A DNA stretch of 64,000 bases. It comes from a virus. Lineage: Duplodnaviria; Caudoviricetes. The stretch spans positions 1-64,000 of IMG/VR virus record IMGVR_UViG_3300023053_000008; one strand, given 5' to 3'. Positions 19,540 through 29,725 of the stretch are shown piece after piece; positions within the stretch are counted from its first letter, which is position 1, and each line of letters opens with the position of its first letter. The position numbers and the translations under genes are program-made. Below the pieces are notes generated by a model. The model did not search any database, was not told the origin of the DNA, and was given only the letters and a program-made list of their open reading frames with translations.

Positions 19540-20001
19540 ATGGTAAGAATAAAAGTATGTAAACATTGTTGGCAACCTAAGGAATTATATAATGACTATT
19601 ATAAAGGTAAAACCAATATATGTAAAAAATGTTTTAGTGAACAAAGAAAGAAAAGATATAGAGAGGATTCTGAATTTAGAGAAAAGATTAGACAAAGAAA
19701 TTTTAATAGAGATCCAGAATATGTAAGAGCGCATGCAAAGAAATATAGAACAGAGCAGAAAGAAAGATATCTTAAAACACAAAGAACTTATCGAGGAAAT
19801 TTAGATAAGAGAATTAGAGAAGAATTAGGTGATACAATTGTACATGGAAGATTCACTGAAGAGGAAACTCAATTATTCTTAAAGACAATGTATTTACCGA
19901 TGTATGACCAATGCATACTTCTTAAAAGAACTCTTGGTAGCATTTCATATAAGAGAAAGTATGTTAGAAAAAAGGAAAGAGAAAATATGAATATATTATA
20001 A
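19540..20001 (+). CDS. Zn-finger plus Myb/HTH-like putative DNA-binding protein
   Basis: CKHC...CKKC, basic helix, C-terminal FTEEETQLF...LKRTLGSISYKR. Confidence 0.5.
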   Translation: MVRIKVCKHCWQPKELYNDYYKGKTNICKKCFSEQRKKRYREDSEFREKIRQRNFNRDPEYVRAHAKKYRTEQKERYLKTQRTYRGNLDKRIREELGDTIVHGRFTEEETQLFLKTMYLPMYDQCILLKRTLGSISYKRKYVRKKERENMNIL

Positions 20002-20065
20002 TATAGAATGACAAATTTGTTAACCATCATTACTATTTATTAACTTAGAAAATAAAAATTGTAAT

Positions 20066-20077
20066 AACAAAAAGTTA
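20066..20077 (+). promoter_or_regulatory. Late-type promoter AACA-aaaagt-TA
   Basis: Motif match upstream of the DNA polymerase N part. Confidence 0.45.
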
Positions 20078-20099
20078 TATTCATACTAGGAGGAGAACT

Positions 20100-21797
20100 A
20101 TGGGATATCAATTAATTAACACACTTTATTGGAATCGTGTCGAAGGAGAAAAAGGTGACAAACTAGTATTCGTACTAAAGGATGAGAAAGGTAATAAATC
20201 TTTCCAGATAGTTGAAAAACCAGTTGTTACTTATTACATGACTAAGCCAGAACACTGGGGAGATGATATTGGTGTTTATTTAGATGAACAACATACAATT
20301 AGCTATGTTCCAATGGATAAAGTAACTCCTGTCAAGGCTTATTATAAAGACTTATATCCTTCAATTTATAGAAACCTTAAAGATTCTAGATTAGAATCAT
20401 TCTATAAAGAAACTTTAGCATCTGGTAATCAGATTAATAAAAAGCTTCGACAGATGCATTTAGATGATAGATTACATGGTTCGGATATCAATGTTCAAGA
20501 TTATTATATAGCGCAATTCTTAAAGAAATATAATTATGAAGAAAACTTCAATGGTATCACTAAGACCTTCTTCGATATCGAGGTTGATATTGCAGACTTA
20601 GAAGGATTCCCTGATCCAGAGAAAGCTGAAGTACCAGTAAACGTAATTACACTTGTTGATGAACAAACGCTTACATCTTATTCATACTGTTTAAAATATG
20701 AACATGATGGTTACAATAAAGTAATGCGTGATAAAGAAGCATTTAAGAAACGTCTTAAACAGAAATATAAGAATATTGAAGAGAAATTAGGCAAACCACT
20801 TAATTTTGAAATTATTGAATTTGATGATGAGTTAGAATTAATTACAGCATTCTTTGATGCAATTAATAAAGATATTAAACCTGACTTCTGTTGTGCTTGG
20901 AATATCGCATTTGACTTTGTTTACCTATACAATCGTATCTTAAACATTGGCGGTAGTACTGAAAAAATTATGTGTGCCGATGAGTTAGTATATAAACAAG
21001 CTTATTATAAATTAGATACACGTAACCAAGATCCTGCAGACCGTTCTGATTCTTATTTCGTTTCTGGATATACAGTATATCTCGACTTAATGTGTCTATA
21101 TGCCAACTTACGTAAAGCATCAGGTAAGAAAGAATCATATGCTTTAGACTTTATTGGTGAATTAGAAGTAGGTATGAAGAAAGATAAACTTGAATCTGAC
21201 TTTAAGACTGTTCACTATGATGATTATGAATCATTCTTAACATATAACATTCAAGATACAATAATGTTAATGATGATTGAGATGAAGAATAATGATATTA
21301 ACGTATATTATACTATCTCAATGATAACACAAACACGTATTGAGAAAGCATTGAAGAAGACTATCTGTTTAAGAAATTTTGCAGGCACATTCTACCAAAA
21401 ATTAGGTTTAGTTATCAGTAATAACCGTTCTTCTCAATTCCCTAAACAGGATAAGATTAAAGGGGCATTCGTAGGGGATCCAAATAATATTGATAATATC
21501 GGTATGAAGATTGTTTATAATCCTTCTAATCGTATGTTAGAACTAGTAGTTGACCTTGACTTAGCTTCTCTATATCCAAATATTACAATCACATTTAATA
21601 TTAGTCCAGAGACTTGTCTTGGTAAAATCACTGTTAGAGATGCAATGGGTAATGATATTACAGATCAATTTGTCGATGACTATACATCTGGTGATGTTAT
21701 TAACTTCGGTATCAAATATCTCGGATTACCAACAGTTGAAGAAATGTATGAAATTATTAAAGAAGCATTAGAAGAAAGTGAAGTTGAAGCGGTATAA
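20100..21797 (+). CDS. Family B DNA polymerase, N-terminal part (3'-5' exonuclease plus palm motif A)
   Basis: ExoI FFDIEV, ExoII AWNIAFDF, ExoIII YNIQDT, motif A DLDLASLYP, ISPET near the C-terminus. Confidence 0.92.
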   Translation: MGYQLINTLYWNRVEGEKGDKLVFVLKDEKGNKSFQIVEKPVVTYYMTKPEHWGDDIGVYLDEQHTISYVPMDKVTPVKAYYKDLYPSIYRNLKDSRLESFYKETLASGNQINKKLRQMHLDDRLHGSDINVQDYYIAQFLKKYNYEENFNGITKTFFDIEVDIADLEGFPDPEKAEVPVNVITLVDEQTLTSYSYCLKYEHDGYNKVMRDKEAFKKRLKQKYKNIEEKLGKPLNFEIIEFDDELELITAFFDAINKDIKPDFCCAWNIAFDFVYLYNRILNIGGSTEKIMCADELVYKQAYYKLDTRNQDPADRSDSYFVSGYTVYLDLMCLYANLRKASGKKESYALDFIGELEVGMKKDKLESDFKTVHYDDYESFLTYNIQDTIMLMMIEMKNNDINVYYTISMITQTRIEKALKKTICLRNFAGTFYQKLGLVISNNRSSQFPKQDKIKGAFVGDPNNIDNIGMKIVYNPSNRMLELVVDLDLASLYPNITITFNISPETCLGKITVRDAMGNDITDQFVDDYTSGDVINFGIKYLGLPTVEEMYEIIKEALEESEVEAV

Positions 21798-21832
21798 TTA
21801 TACTGCTTCTTCTTTTTAAGGAGGAGAAATGA

Positions 21833-22600
21833 TTGGCAGTTGTTATTGATGATCCTAAAATAGTTAAAGATATTGTAACACTAATTCAGAAAGTGAATCA
21901 AGATTATAAAAACATTTATGATAGTAATGGGGAATATATTTGGTATGAGGGAACTGTAATGTCATCAAGTAAGAAACAGTTTCCACAATATGTAACATCT
22001 GAGGTGAATTATACTAATCCTCATATAAAGAAAGGTATACCAGATTTCTTTAGTGAGAATACATTTACGATTCAAGCACAAGAGTTCTTCCAATTTCATA
22101 AAGACCATAATACTACTTTATTAAAACTAACTATTGATGACGATAATTGTTTTATATTAGAAGCTTCTAGAAAGAAAGAAGAACACATTATTGATGAATT
22201 AAGATTCCCATTTAATCCAGCAGTTATTGATACTATTAATGATTTTACTGAAAAAGCAGAGGAATTAATGGGTGATGAAATTGCTAGTTTTGAATTTGAT
22301 GATGAAATCATAAATAAGATACTTGATTATAATAACGATCCGTTTAACTTTATACTAGATTTCGATACTAATGAGATAAGTATGTTTAAATACGAATCTG
22401 ATATTGAATCAGAAAATTATCTGAATCTGATAAATAATAAGAAATTCATTTCAGGTATTAAGAATGGTTCTGTTGTAGCAACTGAAGGTTTAATTAGTAT
22501 AAATGAATTCAATGGAAATGAAAACCTATTCTTCGTTACTCTTACTTTTAATCATAAGGTATTTAAAACGGAGCAAATATTTGTTATAACTGACTTTTAA
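21833..22600 (+). CDS. Hypothetical acidic protein downstream of the polymerase
   Basis: AGGAGG RBS, open frame. Confidence 0.7.
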   Translation: MAVVIDDPKIVKDIVTLIQKVNQDYKNIYDSNGEYIWYEGTVMSSSKKQFPQYVTSEVNYTNPHIKKGIPDFFSENTFTIQAQEFFQFHKDHNTTLLKLTIDDDNCFILEASRKKEEHIIDELRFPFNPAVIDTINDFTEKAEELMGDEIASFEFDDEIINKILDYNNDPFNFILDFDTNEISMFKYESDIESENYLNLINNKKFISGIKNGSVVATEGLISINEFNGNENLFFVTLTFNHKVFKTEQIFVITDF

Positions 22601-22603
22601 AGG

Positions 22604-22642
22604 ATAAAAGGTTACTTAATTGTAGCCTTTTATTTTTTTTTT
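22604..22642 (+). terminator. Intrinsic terminator
   Basis: ATAAAAGGTTAC/GTAGCCTTTTAT plus a T-tract. Confidence 0.75.
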
Positions 22643-22669
22643 ATTCATTTATTTAAAAATTATTTTTGA

Positions 22670-22681
22670 AACATAACAATA
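22670..22681 (+). promoter_or_regulatory. Late-type promoter AACA-taacaa-TA before the portal gene
   Basis: Motif match. Confidence 0.55.
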
Positions 22682-22720
22682 ATGACAATATTGTAATTTT
22701 CATGAAAGGAGTTATATAAA

Positions 22721-24931
22721 ATGGCTAAAGGTGAAAATATAATAACTAGAACAGCTAAATCAATAATGAGTCTAGATAAAAAGGTTAACAAAGAACTTTA
22801 CGGTACGGATGAAGTAAACGTAAATAATAAAGAATTAGATGAAATTGAATCCGTTATAAGTGACATAAATACAGACCATAAGAAACATACAGGTAAAAAC
22901 CGTATGGAATTCTTAGCTCAAGTAGCTTATAATAAGAATAGTAATAAAAATACTGGAGAGAAATTTGATAGTAAAAAGCAAGTAGAATCCATTGAAGAGA
23001 TGCTAGGAAAAGGCTCATTAAGTCAATTCTTAGAACTTGAAAAAGATAGAATGGTTCGATATGGTGATTACTACATTATAGATGCTTACATACCAGAGGT
23101 TTCTAAATGTTTAGATGTCTATAGAGATTCAATTCTATCACCAGATGATTTTACTAAAGAAGCATTAAACTTTCTTTATGATAGTAAAACACAAAATGAT
23201 AAAGCTAAATCTGTTGTAGAAAGTAATCTTGACAAGTTAAATGTTAAGTATAAAGTTTCTGAAAAAGCTAAAGATACTGTTAGAACTAGTTTACTTCTTG
23301 GTGATTATTTTGTAGCAGTATTTAAGATACAAGATGAATTAAATAAGATGATTATCAGTGAAGGAAATAAAGATGACCTATTCCTTGAAAGCGGTGAAGA
23401 AGAATTCATTCTTACTGAATCTCACATTGACATTGATGAAGATTTAGAAAAATTTGTTGCATTAATGGAAGGTAAGGATAATCAAGATAAAGCTGATAAA
23501 CTTAAAAAAGAAACTAAATCTTCTGTAGTTAAAGCAATTAATGATAATATTAAATTCTTCAAAGATCCTTCAGATTTATTATCAGATGCTAAAAAGTCTG
23601 CTAAGAAAACTAAAGGTGAAATTAAGATGACAGGTTCTATTGTTAAGAATCTTAATCCTAAGAATGTTATTAAATTAGAACTCGATGGAGTTAACTTTGG
23701 TTATATTTACATTGAAGAGAATAATATGCAGAACGCTAACAGAGATGTAGCTAGTCTTGTTAATAGTAAAGATTACTTTAATTCAAGCTACAACACTAAT
23801 GGAAATAGCAAAGGATTCAGTAATAAATATGAACTAATCTCTAATATGTTTATCAAAGGTATTTCTAAGAAGATTGATAAGAAATTCATTGAAGATAATA
23901 AAGAGTTTAAAGACTATATTTATACACTTGTAAAGAATGATTACATCATGGAGAAAGGTATTTCAATTACTTACCTTGAACCAAATACAGTTCATCACTT
24001 AAAGATTGATAGTGCTGATACTTATGGTGTATCTAAGCTTTCAAAATCCTTATTCTTTGCAAAGATTTACCTTGCAGTATTAATTACTACTATTATGCAA
24101 AAAATCTCACGAGGAAGAGATAAACGTGCGGTATATGTAGAAACTGGTTTAGATGCAGATATCGAAGGAGCAATCCAACAGGTTGTTAAAGATATTAAAT
24201 CTAAAGAAATTACTGCTGATAGTTTAGGTAATCTTTCTACTGTACTTCAAAAGATGGGTAATTTTGAGGATTACTTTATTCCAATGATTAATGGTGAAAA
24301 ACCATTAGACATTGATACAGTGCCAGGGATGGATGTAGAAGTTGATAATGACTTTATGCAAAACTTATTAAAGTCTATTGTTAGTGGTACAAATACTCCT
24401 TTCAACTATATTGATGTTTCTGCGGATGTAGACTTTGCTAGATCATTAGCAATGCAAAATAATACATTTGTGCGTTCAGTAATAAGTCATCAGAAAGAAG
24501 TAAGTGATTTCTATACAAGTTTATTCAAAGCTTTATATGAGAATGAATATCCTGATGAAACAGTAGATAGTACAACTACTTCTAATGATAAGAAAGAAGC
24601 TAAAACAATTAGTGTAGATACTGATAAAATTAAAGTAGTATTACAAGCACCTGTATATCTTAACATTTCTACATTAAACGATCAAATCAGTAATGCTTCT
24701 ACTACAGTTGATTATGTAGTAAGTAACTACTATTCAGATAGTGATGATGAGGCTAAAAAGAATGAATTTAAACGTCAGGTAACAAGGGATTTATTACCAC
24801 ATATGAATTGGGATAAATACGATGCTATATATGACACTGTTACTAAAAATGAAAATCGTGAAGCTATTCAGAAACAATTGACTCCTAATGCTGAAGGAGA
24901 AGATAGTTCAGATGGTGAAATGAGCTTCTAA
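22721..24931 (+). CDS. Portal protein (T4 gp20-like)
   Basis: PEVSKCLD, RGRDKRAVYVETG (gp20 RAPERRVFYIDVG-like), EDYFIP. Confidence 0.8.
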   Translation: MAKGENIITRTAKSIMSLDKKVNKELYGTDEVNVNNKELDEIESVISDINTDHKKHTGKNRMEFLAQVAYNKNSNKNTGEKFDSKKQVESIEEMLGKGSLSQFLELEKDRMVRYGDYYIIDAYIPEVSKCLDVYRDSILSPDDFTKEALNFLYDSKTQNDKAKSVVESNLDKLNVKYKVSEKAKDTVRTSLLLGDYFVAVFKIQDELNKMIISEGNKDDLFLESGEEEFILTESHIDIDEDLEKFVALMEGKDNQDKADKLKKETKSSVVKAINDNIKFFKDPSDLLSDAKKSAKKTKGEIKMTGSIVKNLNPKNVIKLELDGVNFGYIYIEENNMQNANRDVASLVNSKDYFNSSYNTNGNSKGFSNKYELISNMFIKGISKKIDKKFIEDNKEFKDYIYTLVKNDYIMEKGISITYLEPNTVHHLKIDSADTYGVSKLSKSLFFAKIYLAVLITTIMQKISRGRDKRAVYVETGLDADIEGAIQQVVKDIKSKEITADSLGNLSTVLQKMGNFEDYFIPMINGEKPLDIDTVPGMDVEVDNDFMQNLLKSIVSGTNTPFNYIDVSADVDFARSLAMQNNTFVRSVISHQKEVSDFYTSLFKALYENEYPDETVDSTTTSNDKKEAKTISVDTDKIKVVLQAPVYLNISTLNDQISNASTTVDYVVSNYYSDSDDEAKKNEFKRQVTRDLLPHMNWDKYDAIYDTVTKNENREAIQKQLTPNAEGEDSSDGEMSF

Positions 24932-24941
24932 ATACTTTAAG

Positions 24942-24973
24942 AACCATAATCTCTAATTAAAGAGATTATGGTT
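24942..24973. terminator. Bidirectional terminator between portal and tail tube
   Basis: AACCATAATCTCT/AGAGATTATGGTT. Confidence 0.75.
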
Positions 24974-24980
24974 TTTTATA

Positions 24981-25781
24981 TTAAATGTCACCTAGACCAG
25001 AACCAGTGATACCACCAGTTAATTCAAAGTCTTGTAAAGCATTACCTGCAACATCAGAATTCTCAGGATCAAACATACCTTCAGTAACGAATGAGTATGT
25101 GTTTCTAAGCATCTTTTGTGCAAAGCTATCAATACGTGGAGAAAGGTGAAGATTACCTTTAAACGTAATATCAAGTTCTACTAAGTTTCTGTCACCTTGA
25201 GAATAGTTAAGGTGTCCTAATGGAACTTTAGTTGGTAAAACGTTTGTGTAATAAGCGGCAAACTCAATATTCTTTTTATCCACGTTGTTAACGTCAGGAC
25301 GCATTACAATATATAAAAGTTCACCAGTATGGTTTTTAGCGGCATATTCTAAGCCGTATTGACGAGCGTAAGTAGCAATACCCGTTTCTGGATCAGAAAT
25401 ACCAGTTCCCCATAATTGGTACATATTCTTGATAGGGCTACCAGAATATTCTTGGTGTTTTAACGTAAAGTCAGTATTATTTTTAGTCATACCTGTAGCT
25501 ACGTTATATTCATTATTGTTGAAACCGTATTGGTAACTTTGAGTTTGTAATTCAAAGTCTCCTAAACCATCAAAACCTTTAAAGTTCTTCTGAGTCATTG
25601 CTTTAAAGCCAGGGTATTCAGTTTCTAACCATTTTGGAATTTTAGTCCAGATAATGAAAGCATAACCTGTAACTAATGGGTCAAAGTTTAATTGTTGTAA
25701 GTTTAAACCACCTGTAAAGAATGATTTATTCTTAGCAATCGTATTATCATAAACACGAATATCCGCACTAGGTTTAATCAT
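24981..25781 (-). CDS. Tail tube protein
   Basis: Directly downstream of the sheath gene; 266 aa, beta-rich, highly biased codons. Confidence 0.7.
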   Translation of the reverse strand: MIKPSADIRVYDNTIAKNKSFFTGGLNLQQLNFDPLVTGYAFIIWTKIPKWLETEYPGFKAMTQKNFKGFDGLGDFELQTQSYQYGFNNNEYNVATGMTKNNTDFTLKHQEYSGSPIKNMYQLWGTGISDPETGIATYARQYGLEYAAKNHTGELLYIVMRPDVNNVDKKNIEFAAYYTNVLPTKVPLGHLNYSQGDRNLVELDITFKGNLHLSPRIDSFAQKMLRNTYSFVTEGMFDPENSDVAGNALQDFELTGGITGSGLGDI

Positions 25782-25847
25782 TTTACAACCGTCCTTTCAT
25801 TTATATAAAATTATATAGTGTGACTAAAAATAGCCACACTATATCTA

Positions 25848-28826
25848 TTACTTAACTACATCTAAACTAATTAAGATACGTTCGATAACGTTGTTGAACT
25901 TAATTTTGATTTTAACACGTAAAATCTTTTGAAGTTTATCATAATCAGAAGCTTCTACAGTAGCAGAAATTTCTTCACAGCTACGGTTAGTAATATACTT
26001 ACTTAAGTAGTTATTTACTTCATAGCTTAGAGCATTGATTGTTTCGATATCTTCAAACTCGAATTGATAATCTTCTACTAAGATCTCAACATTACGTTTA
26101 ATATCTAATAAAGTTAGAACGTTATTGATATTAGCAAGTGGAGTATTCTTTTCACTACATGTTAACTGAGAACCAATCTTAGTACGACGTGTATCGCTCT
26201 CAACATAGTTGATTTTATTACGGTACATTTCTTCCTTATGGTTTTCATTAGGAATGTAGGAAATAGCTTTGTAACCATCAATGATACCACGACGTGGTCC
26301 AGCAATAGGATATTGTAAACCGTATTGTTTTGCAATAGACGGAATCTTATTAGCTAAGTAATAAGAGATTGTTACTTTAATATCTCTACCTGTATGTTCA
26401 TCATAGTTAACAAAGTCTTGAGAGAATAGACCTGCTAATTCTGTAGCTGGAGAGAACTGAGTTTTCTTCCAAGTAATTGCTTGTTCAGGAGTAGCATGGA
26501 AACCAGTATCCATCCAAGCGAATATATCACGACGAATGTCACGAGCTAATTGGATCATAGCATTCTTAACTTCTACAGGATAGTTAGCATCTAAAACGTG
26601 TTGGAATGGTAACACACGTTTATTAGTGATGTCTGGATCGATTAAACCTTTGTATCCTTTAATTAAAAGATCTTTAATTGCTTTATCACGTACAGAATTG
26701 TTAACATCGATTTCTAAATCTCCGTCACTACCGTTAGCGAACTTAATAGGATTATTGAAGTTCTGTAAAGCATTAGTAAAGATAATTGAGTTAAGAGCTA
26801 CTAATTTATTAGTAGTTAAATCAATATTTAACTTAGCAGTTTTAATAAGAGCAATCTTTCCTTCAGGAGTAGCTAAAGAAGCTGTAACATTAATGCTTTC
26901 AGTATTCTTTAAGCTTAATACAGAAGGAGCAGCACTGTTTAGTACTTTATTCTTGATTGTTTCATTCTTGCTTAAGTTGATGTAAGCAATACTTTCAAGA
27001 ATAACTTGATATAACTTGTCGATGATCAATTCTAATTTGTTATAGATAGTAGCTTTTGTAGAAGCTTCATCAATAACGTTTACATAGCCATCAGCTAATG
27101 TTTGAATTAAATCAACTACTTCATTATATAATGTAGCAGAAGCTGAAATTAATGTTTGAATAGATTCTGGAATAGTAGTACCGTAAACAGAGTTTACTAG
27201 ATTAGTAGACACATAATCATATTCATCACCGATAAGAGTAGTCAAGTATTTCATACCCTCAATTTCAGAACCAACAATACGTCCAAGTTTATAATCAAGA
27301 ATTTGCTCAGATAATTTGTTGATGTTACCTTTATGAGCAATACCGCTAATAACGATAATTTCTTTCTTATTTGCTTCACGAGTAATGTCGTTTAAGTTCT
27401 GTTCAGCTACAACTAATTGGTTACTAGATAAATCACTAGTAGCAGTACGACAGTAGTCTGCAACTAAATGCAATTCTTTTACTAAATCAGTAACTAAACT
27501 TTCAGTAGTATTAATCAAGTTATTAAGCTTGAAGAAGTTTGCATCAGTTTTGTCAGCTAAGAAACTAGTGTAAGAACCTTCAACTAATGTCCAGTTAGTA
27601 TTGATCTTTTCAATCTTTTTATAAACTGAACATGCTGGATCGTCAATTTTATCACTGTTAGCTGTTTTGCTGTTGATAATAGAGTTTAAGATAGATACGA
27701 ATGTATCATTTGTGATAGCTTTCAATGAAGTTTTCATTGTATCTACTGTTTGTTTACCAGTTTCAAATTGCTTATCACGTACTTTATTATCAATGATAAC
27801 GATTGAGTTTTCAATCTCATCATCAGAAGCAGGAATATTTTGAATATTCTCACCATTAGTTGTAAGTGGTTTACCAGTACGATCATAACGGTGTAATGAG
27901 AAGTGAATGTCCTCATAGTTACTTGTGATTTTAGAGAAGAAAGCTTCTGGTTTATCATTGATTAAACGAGATTTACCAGTTAAGACATCAATCTTTCCTG
28001 GTGCTACCTCTTTATTGATTAAAGAAGTAATATAATCGAAAGATTCTTCATTGAATTTACATTTTAGGTGTTTAGAATATTTATTGATTACGTCCTCAAT
28101 AAACATACTTTCATTTGAACTAGATAGAGTATCTGGATCGAATGACACATAGAATGGACCTTCAATAAGGTTTGCAGTGTTGTACTCATCAAATCGAATT
28201 ACTTCGAAGTTATAAATACGAGAATCATAAGTATCTTCAAAAGAAGTATTTAATGAAATTCTGAAACCTAAGTTATTGTAAGAAGAACCACGACCAGTTG
28301 GATATACAACGAATAAGAAGTTATTCTTGTACTCATCCACTGTTAACTCATCACGTTCTTTAAGTAATTCATATTCAAGTAATTTGTCAGAAACGTTATT
28401 TACTTCAGCATAAGTAACAATAGGACGCATAAATACGTCATTTACTTCTACTAATTTACCATTAACGTCTTGAACTTTTTTCTTACTAGATTTTGTTTGA
28501 ATGTTTAAGAAAGCATGAGCAAATCCTGCATTATCAGGAAGTACACGTAAAATATCAGCTTCTCCACCTGCAGATAACCAGTTAAGAACGTTATAACCAG
28601 CTTGACCATATTTTTTCAAGTTTGGATTACCGTACTTAAAGATAAATTCCTCTGGAGAAGTGACTGTATTAGTTTTACCATCTTCACCTTTTTCTGATAC
28701 GATAGCTGTAAATAATCTTACATTACCACTAGCGTTCTGATAGGAAATTTCTTCACTATTAATAACAGATGTAACAGTAGGATGAAGATAAGTTAAACCT
28801 GTATCATTAAATGAACTCTGAGCCAT
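25848..28826 (-). CDS. Tail sheath protein with a large internal insertion
   Basis: HPTVTSVI start, SPEEFIFKYG, VLDANYP, AGPRRGII, INYVE, NINNVLTLL, FEFED sheath C-domain. Confidence 0.88.
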   Translation of the reverse strand: MAQSSFNDTGLTYLHPTVTSVINSEEISYQNASGNVRLFTAIVSEKGEDGKTNTVTSPEEFIFKYGNPNLKKYGQAGYNVLNWLSAGGEADILRVLPDNAGFAHAFLNIQTKSSKKKVQDVNGKLVEVNDVFMRPIVTYAEVNNVSDKLLEYELLKERDELTVDEYKNNFLFVVYPTGRGSSYNNLGFRISLNTSFEDTYDSRIYNFEVIRFDEYNTANLIEGPFYVSFDPDTLSSSNESMFIEDVINKYSKHLKCKFNEESFDYITSLINKEVAPGKIDVLTGKSRLINDKPEAFFSKITSNYEDIHFSLHRYDRTGKPLTTNGENIQNIPASDDEIENSIVIIDNKVRDKQFETGKQTVDTMKTSLKAITNDTFVSILNSIINSKTANSDKIDDPACSVYKKIEKINTNWTLVEGSYTSFLADKTDANFFKLNNLINTTESLVTDLVKELHLVADYCRTATSDLSSNQLVVAEQNLNDITREANKKEIIVISGIAHKGNINKLSEQILDYKLGRIVGSEIEGMKYLTTLIGDEYDYVSTNLVNSVYGTTIPESIQTLISASATLYNEVVDLIQTLADGYVNVIDEASTKATIYNKLELIIDKLYQVILESIAYINLSKNETIKNKVLNSAAPSVLSLKNTESINVTASLATPEGKIALIKTAKLNIDLTTNKLVALNSIIFTNALQNFNNPIKFANGSDGDLEIDVNNSVRDKAIKDLLIKGYKGLIDPDITNKRVLPFQHVLDANYPVEVKNAMIQLARDIRRDIFAWMDTGFHATPEQAITWKKTQFSPATELAGLFSQDFVNYDEHTGRDIKVTISYYLANKIPSIAKQYGLQYPIAGPRRGIIDGYKAISYIPNENHKEEMYRNKINYVESDTRRTKIGSQLTCSEKNTPLANINNVLTLLDIKRNVEILVEDYQFEFEDIETINALSYEVNNYLSKYITNRSCEEISATVEASDYDKLQKILRVKIKIKFNNVIERILISLDVVK

Positions 28827-28865
28827 CTTTATCTCTCCTTTTCTTTTTAGTTAATGAAAACTTCT

Positions 28866-28877
28866 TAATTAAATGTT
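28866..28877 (-). promoter_or_regulatory. Late-type promoter AACA-tttaat-TA before the sheath gene
   Basis: Motif match. Confidence 0.55.
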
Positions 28878-28888
28878 TCCAAAGCATA

Positions 28889-29641
28889 TCAATATTTTAT
28901 TGTTTTCTCAATTGGCGAATCAACTTCTTTTTCACCGTTACGGTTTTTCTTAATAGAAGATATAAGTGATTGGTTCATATCTTCAAACGTTATTGCAGTG
29001 AAAGTTGAGCTTAATGGAGGTAAACGCTTTAGATTAATGTTCTCATAATCATATTGAGTAATACCTGCTTTATCCTTACCAATCTCTTTACGGAAAGGTT
29101 GTGTTAAATCTTTCTTATCACGACACAATTCAGCAATGATAATTTCAAAGATGATTGCAGGGTTATTAAGATTAACTTGGTTAAGTGTAATACTTTCAAT
29201 ATAAAGTTTAATAATATCTTCATAAGGGATGATGCTCGGTAAATTACCATTATGTAGAAGATAAATAAAGTCTTTACTATTTTCTGCTGTTTGCTCTGAA
29301 GATGTGTTATAAATAAAGATATTACCTTTTTCTAAGCAGAATACATGATAATCATCTTCTTTTAATTCTGGTTTAATCTTCTTCTTATTAGCAGTCTTAA
29401 CATCAACATAATCAAATTCAATCTTCATAGGAACTTTTAATGAGTGAATACTACCTTCTTTACCTTTATCTTTCTCATCTTGAGTATATACAATAAATGA
29501 AAAGATACCCATTGTATTAATTTTATCACCATTGTAAGAAGCAATACCTTTTTTAAAATAGTCTTTTGGAACGTAAATCTCCATATAATCACCTTCAAAG
29601 ATAATTCGACTATCTTCACGTCTTAGGAATTTATATTTCAT
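28889..29641 (-). CDS. Probable extreme C-terminal fragment of an RNAP beta' subunit (virion set)
   Basis: [27 protein letters not shown] resembles [40 protein letters not shown] resembles SFISAASFQETTRVL. Confidence 0.5.
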   Translation of the reverse strand: [250 protein letters not shown]

Positions 29642-29662
29642 ATTTATTCTCCTCTCTAATTT

Positions 29663-29674
29663 TAATAGAATGTT
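29663..29674 (-). promoter_or_regulatory. Late-type promoter AACA-ttctat-TA
   Basis: Motif match. Confidence 0.5.
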
Positions 29675-29725
29675 ATGGTAAATGGATATTCTAAAGAGAA
29701 TAATCCATTTACCATTTTTATAAGG

